A stretch of DNA of 64,000 nt from the NCBI GenBank assembly GCA_035461385.1, contig DATHVI010000174.1:29483-93482 (forward strand), written 5' to 3'. The notes under the pieces are model-generated. The model worked only from the letters and a program-made list of their open reading frames with translations. It searched no databases and was not told the origin of the DNA. The stretch comes from Solirubrobacterales bacterium (lineage in GTDB: Bacteria; Actinomycetota; Thermoleophilia; Solirubrobacterales; 70-9). The number at the start of each line of letters is the position of its first letter. Position 1 is the first letter of the stretch. Below are positions 57,802-64,000 of this stretch, in pieces. The position numbers and the translations under genes were made by a program.

Positions 57802-58836
57802 TCAGCGCAGTGTCGTCAGCCAGACCGACTGCAGCGAAGGCGCCCTGCCGCCGGAGTCGATCCCCCGCACCGAGCGCTCGATCCCACGCCAGCGACGCTC
57901 GCCCTGGGGCAGCGCGAGGACGAGCGGATCGGTCTGGAGGGCTGCGGTCTCCGCCGGGCCAAGGCCGTCCGCGACCTGGACGTCGCCGCCGGCGAGGAGC
58001 TCCGCCCGGCGGCTCGGCGCAAGCCCGGAGCGCAGCTCGACCTGCGCAAGCGCCGGCCCGAGGTCGAGCTCGCTCCCCCACCAGCTCGTGTTCCGGGCCA
58101 GCAGCAGCCGGCCCGCGTCGTGCTCGCGGAGCTCGAACGGCCCGGTGCCCGCGTCGTCGCCGTCGACCCGGCTGCGGCGGGCGGCAGGCCGGCCGCCGGC
58201 GAGCGCCCGCGGCGAGACGAGCCCGAGCCTCGGCGAGCCAAGCCGCTCGCCGAGGGCCGGGTCGGGCGCCGCGAGGATGAACCGGAGCAGGTGCGGGCGC
58301 GGCGCGTCGGCAGCGGTGAGCGACGGCAGCAGCCGGCGGCCGGCGCGGCTCGCAAGCCAGCGATCGACGTTCTCCAGGACCGCGGTCGCGTTGAGGCGAC
58401 TGCCGTCCTGGAACCGGACCCCTGGACGCAGCACCACCCTCCAGATCGTCGGGTCGCGGGTCGGTCGCGCGCGCAGCGCCAGGCCGCCTACCCCGGGCGA
58501 GTCCCCGAACGGGCCGGCGACCCGCTCGACCAGGGGCTCGAAGATCTGCCTGGTGACGACGCGCTCGGCGCGGGTGCGCGCGTACAGCGGGTCGACCTCC
58601 CGCGCCGGGCCGTCGAGCGCCCCGACCAACGTCCCGCCCTCCCCCGGCTCAGCGCCCCCGCCGCCGGCCGGAAGCCCGTCGTCGTCGCCGCAGCCCGCCA
58701 CCAACGCAGCTGCGACCAGCGGCACGGCGAGCGGGCCGCGAAGCCGGCGGGCGGGGCCGGACGCCCCGCGGGCCCTCAGAGCTTGAGCAGCGCGAACGTG
58801 TTGACGACGAACAGGATCGCGAAGAAGATCGTCCAC
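57802..58836 (-). CDS. ABC-transporter family-5-like solute-binding lipoprotein, short and orphan
   Basis: Lipobox LVAGC. EVDPLYARTRAERVVTRQIFEPLV and RPGVRFQDGSRLNATAV are family-5 SBP motifs. Only about 330 aa, with no permease or ATPase gene adjacent. ATG 58836 overlaps secG by 61 nt, so the real start may be internal (CTG about 58768 or GTG about 58720). Confidence 0.65.
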   Translation of the reverse strand: MDDLLRDPVRRQHVRAAQALRARGASGPARRLRGPLAVPLVAAALVAGCGDDDGLPAGGGGAEPGEGGTLVGALDGPAREVDPLYARTRAERVVTRQIFEPLVERVAGPFGDSPGVGGLALRARPTRDPTIWRVVLRPGVRFQDGSRLNATAVLENVDRWLASRAGRRLLPSLTAADAPRPHLLRFILAAPDPALGERLGSPRLGLVSPRALAGGRPAARRSRVDGDDAGTGPFELREHDAGRLLLARNTSWWGSELDLGPALAQVELRSGLAPSRRAELLAGGDVQVADGLGPAETAALQTDPLVLALPQGERRWRGIERSVRGIDSGGRAPSLQSVWLTTLR

Positions 58837-59000
58837 CGGTCGAGGTTTCGCTCGACGAGCGAGCCACCGCCGACCGAGCTGCCCGCCTGGCCGATCCCGA
58901 ACGCGCCCGAAAGCCCCGCGTCCTTGCCCGAGTGCAGGAGGACGAGGAAGATCAGGATCACCGAGATCAGCAGCTGGACGATCGTCAGGATCGATTCCAC
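58776..59000 (-). CDS. secG: preprotein translocase subunit SecG
   Basis: 74 aa, two TM segments; LLHSGKDAGLSGAFG motif. Confidence 0.9.
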   Translation of the reverse strand: MESILTIVQLLISVILIFLVLLHSGKDAGLSGAFGIGQAGSSVGGGSLVERNLDRWTIFFAILFVVNTFALLKL

Positions 59001-59057
59001 GCGGCGGAGTGTAGAGCGTCGGACCCGAGCCGTACCCGGCCTGCTCGGCGCCCGAGA

Positions 59058-59378
59058 TCAGTCCCGGCTCTCCTCGCCCCCCGCCCCGTTCATCGACGGT
59101 TCCGCCCGGTCGAGCTGCTCGAGGACCTCGATCGCGTCACGCCGAAGCTCGGCGTCGGCGCGGCGCCAGTCGGCGTCGGAGAGCTTGCCCTGGGCGCGAT
59201 CGAGCTCGGCGTCGCGGATCTGGCGATAGAGCGCCTCCTTGCGCGCCTCGAGCTCGGCGATGCGTGGATCCTCGGTCCGCGAGCCCCCGGAGTCTTTACC
59301 GCGTCGCAGCGGCGCGGTGACGACCCAGGCGAGCACGGCGACGATCGCAAGCGCGAGCACGATCTCCATCACCGCCAC
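59058..59378 (-). CDS. membrane-anchored coiled-coil protein downstream of ccmF (no CxxC)
   Basis: 106 aa: an N-terminal TM segment, then a charged helical region. Contains no Cys, so it is not a CcmH/CcmG. Confidence 0.5.
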   Translation of the reverse strand: MAVMEIVLALAIVAVLAWVVTAPLRRGKDSGGSRTEDPRIAELEARKEALYRQIRDAELDRAQGKLSDADWRRADAELRRDAIEVLEQLDRAEPSMNGAGGEESRD

Positions 59379-59498
59379 GATAGCCCGCTCGCCGCGCCCT
59401 CGGCGCAGCTCGAAAACCCGAGGCGATCCGGAGCCGGCCCGAGGTTCGCGATCGCGTGCGCCTCCGCACCCGGTCGCGAAAACCCGGCGCCGGAGCGG

Positions 59499-61700
<2,202 letters not shown>

Positions 61701-61712
61701 CGGGCGGGTTCC

Positions 61713-62138
61713 TCAGTCCTCGATGATCACGTGGTCGGGGTCTGCCTCGGCCTCCTCCTGGAACTTCGACGGGCACTTCGTGATCAGGCTGTCGCGCTCG
61801 GCGACGAAGACCCCGTCGGCCACCGTGCCGCTGACGATCACCTCGCGCCCCTCGCGGAACGGGTCCGGGACGTGCCCCTCGTAGCGGACCGGGATCGTCG
61901 CCTCGGGGTCCTCGCGGTCGGAGAGCTCGAATCGAAGCTCGGGATGGTCGCGCTCGACCGAGCCGTCTACGACCTTGCCGGTGAGCTCGTAGCTGCCGCC
62001 GGAGACGCCGACCAGGTCGGAGGGCTCGCGCGCCTCGCTCGAGGCGCTGAACGAGACGTAGACGAGGGCAGCGGCGAGGAGCACGGCCGAGCCGAGCGCG
62101 ATCACGAGCCGGATCTGGCGCTTGCGAGCAGGGTCCAT
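61713..62138 (-). CDS. ccmE: cytochrome c maturation heme chaperone CcmE, Cys-type variant
   Basis: ATG 62138, 141 aa: TM anchor plus OB-fold (YELTGKVVDGSV...VRYEGHVPDPFREGREVIVSGT). The heme-binding position reads ITKCPSKFQ instead of the canonical HxxxY. Confidence 0.85.
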   Translation of the reverse strand: MDPARKRQIRLVIALGSAVLLAAALVYVSFSASSEAREPSDLVGVSGGSYELTGKVVDGSVERDHPELRFELSDREDPEATIPVRYEGHVPDPFREGREVIVSGTVADGVFVAERDSLITKCPSKFQEEAEADPDHVIIED

Positions 62139-62253
62139 CGGGACCCGGCCATTATCGCAACCCCGGGATCGCATCTTCCGGGCCGACCTCCCCGCGAGGC
62201 CGATCGCGGCGGCGACGGAACGAGCCCGGCCGCGGACCCGTAGGATCGGCCTC

Positions 62254-62964
62254 GTGAACGATTCACCGGTCCTCCTGATCACCGGCGCGTCGACGGGGAT
62301 CGGCGCCGCGACCGCCCGCGCCGCAGCGGATGCGGGCTACCGCCTCGTGCTCGGCGCGCGCGGCGAGGAGCGCCTGCGGGCTCTTGCCGAGGAGCTCGGG
62401 GGCCCCGACCGGGCGATCGCCCAACGCTGCGACGTCACCGAGTGGGAGGACAACCAGCGCCTCGTCGAAGCGGGGATCGACGCGTTCGGCGCCGTCGACG
62501 CCGTGTTCGCAAACGCCGGCTTCGGCGCCGCGCGCGGCTTCCTCGCCGAGACGGTCGAGCATTGGCGCTCGATGGTGCTGACGAACGTGCTCGGCGTCGC
62601 GCTGACGATTCGGGCCTCCCTCCCGCACCTGCTCGAGCGGGGCACCGGGCACTTCCTGCTTACCGGGTCGGTCGCCGGCCGGCGAGCGCTCCCGGGGTCG
62701 CTGTACTCGGCGACGAAGTGGTCGGTGACCGCGATCGGCGAGGCCCTGCGGCAGGAGCTCCGCCGGATGCACGAGAACCACGCGATCCGGGTGACGCTAA
62801 TCGAGCCCGGGTTGACCGACACGCCGTTCTTCGACTCTCCGCTCGACCCCGAGGTCTCACTCCAGGCCGATGACATCGCGCGCGCGGTCGTCTACGCGCT
62901 GACCCAGCCGGCGCACGTCGACGTCAACGAGATCCTGATCCGGCCGGTGGCCCAGTCGAACTGA
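62254..62964 (+). CDS. SDR-family oxidoreductase
   Basis: GTG 62254. TGASTGIG, NAG, and catalytic S...YSATK. Confidence 0.9.
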   Translation: MNDSPVLLITGASTGIGAATARAAADAGYRLVLGARGEERLRALAEELGGPDRAIAQRCDVTEWEDNQRLVEAGIDAFGAVDAVFANAGFGAARGFLAETVEHWRSMVLTNVLGVALTIRASLPHLLERGTGHFLLTGSVAGRRALPGSLYSATKWSVTAIGEALRQELRRMHENHAIRVTLIEPGLTDTPFFDSPLDPEVSLQADDIARAVVYALTQPAHVDVNEILIRPVAQSN

Positions 62965-62969
62965 CCGCG

Positions 62970-63461
62970 ATGGACCTGCGCGAGCACCAGCGGCCGATCA
63001 AGGACCGCTACCGCGAGGAGCCGGACGCGGCGCGAATCACGCTCACCGCGCGCGCCGGGCAGGGCGACGCACCGGTCGCGTGCTCGGTCGGAACCGGGGC
63101 GGCGATCCGCGAGGCCCAGGCGCACCTCGGGGTCGGCGGGCCGGGCACGGCCGCCTGCTCGGGCGACCTGCTGCTCGAGGCGCTCGCGGCCTGCGCGCAG
63201 ATCACCTGCCAGATGGTCGCCGCGGCGACCGGGGTCGAGGTCGAGGGGATCGAGGTCGTCGCCGAGGGCGACATCGACCTCCGGGGGACGCTCGGGGTTT
63301 CGCGCGATGCCCCGGTCGGATTCGAGTCGATCAGGCTGCGCCTGGAGATCGACGCCCCCGCGGCCAGCGAGGAGGAGGTCGCCGCGCTGCGCGAGCGGAC
63401 CGAGCGCTACTGCACGGTCCTGCAGACGCTCCGTACCCCGCCCCCGATCGAGAGCGCCTGA
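62970..63461 (+). CDS. OsmC/Ohr-family protein
   Basis: 163 aa; LLLEALAACAQIT and ERYCTVLQTL, the two conserved Cys regions. Confidence 0.85.
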   Translation: MDLREHQRPIKDRYREEPDAARITLTARAGQGDAPVACSVGTGAAIREAQAHLGVGGPGTAACSGDLLLEALAACAQITCQMVAAATGVEVEGIEVVAEGDIDLRGTLGVSRDAPVGFESIRLRLEIDAPAASEEEVAALRERTERYCTVLQTLRTPPPIESA

Positions 63462-63539
63462 AGCCGGCGCGGTAACCCCCGGTTCCAGCCGATCTGCGGC
63501 AGGTGCGGTAGCCCCGCCGCCACGGACTAGGCTCCGGTC

Positions 63540-64000
63540 ATGGCCCTGAGCAGGGTTCCGACAGCCGCGGCCTCCCCGGAACGGCTGCGGCCGCTGGTCG
63601 GCGAGCGCTACCCCGAGCTCGTCGAAGGCATCGGCCGCGCTCGGGAGGTGATCGGCGATCGCGTCGTCTGGCAGGTGAACTCGACCGCGATCGGCGGCGG
63701 CGTCGCCGAGCTGCTGACCGGGCTCCTGCCGTACGCCCGCGGGGCGGGGATCGACGCCCGCTGGCTGGTGATCGACGGCAGCGCGGAGTTCTTCCGGCTG
63801 ACGAAGCGGATCCACAACATGCTCCACGGCGCCGCGGGCGACGGCGACGGCCTGAGCGCCGCCGACCGCACTCTCTACCGCGACGTCCTGCGCGCGCACG
63901 GGCACGAGCTCGCAGAGCTCGTCTGCCCGGGTGACATCGTCATGCTCCACGACCCGCAGACCGCGGGGCTGAACGCCGCCGTCCGGTCGGCGGGGGCGCG
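63540..64000 (+). CDS. GT4 glycosyltransferase (trehalose-synthase-like), N-terminal part, runs off the window
   Basis: ATG 63540, open to the window end (not in the ORF track). VWQVNSTAIGGGVAELLTGLLPYARGAGIDARWLVI...FFRLTKRIHNMLHG. Confidence 0.7.
   Translation, partial: MALSRVPTAAASPERLRPLVGERYPELVEGIGRAREVIGDRVVWQVNSTAIGGGVAELLTGLLPYARGAGIDARWLVIDGSAEFFRLTKRIHNMLHGAAGDGDGLSAADRTLYRDVLRAHGHELAELVCPGDIVMLHDPQTAGLNAAVRSAGA

Overview
Very GC-rich (roughly 70% or more by eye, not computed), densely coding chromosomal segment of actinobacterial type. A Thermoleophilia/Solirubrobacterales-like origin is a low-confidence guess. I support about 70 genes. They include central and CoA-ester metabolism (GTP-PEPCK, acetyl-CoA synthetase, glutamine synthetase, an Mcl/CitE-type acyl-CoA lyase, MaoC hydratase, acyl-CoA dehydrogenase, a divergent SucCD-like acid-CoA ligase). 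Housekeeping loci are lexA with an SOS box, secG, RNase P RNA, tRNA-Leu and ccmE/ccmF. The rest are transporters, small redox/stress proteins and several large secreted repeat proteins (ELWxxDGT repeat protein, beta-helix protein, PQQ-dehydrogenase-PKD-RTX protein). Most long ORF-track entries are antisense or off-frame artefacts of the high GC content. I see no CRISPR array, no intact prophage or IS element, and no recognisable defence or toxin-antitoxin system, so I cannot point to one clear-cut novel system. The items I rank highest are: (1) a small C4 zinc-ribbon ORF translationally coupled to lexA; (2) an SOS-box-controlled Rv2578c-type radical SAM gene broken by an 11-nt insertion inside its CX3CX2C motif; (3) a Cys-type (KCPSKF) CcmE next to CcmF with no CcmH, a variant System I; (4) a split CoA-ester module in which a SucCD-like ligase is coupled to a single-cluster ferredoxin; (5) an AT-rich, structured sRNA-like element divergent from a LysR gene; (6) a decayed about 1.06 kb islet bounded by tRNA-Leu and a copy of its 3' end; (7) a tandem 53-nt hairpin duplication in a 5' leader. 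I also recognise a ydaO-type c-di-AMP riboswitch upstream of an RlpA-like gene. Several genes show frame disruptions or lack a canonical start codon, which points either to gene decay or to sequence-quality problems. All homology statements come from motif recognition by eye, not from database searches.
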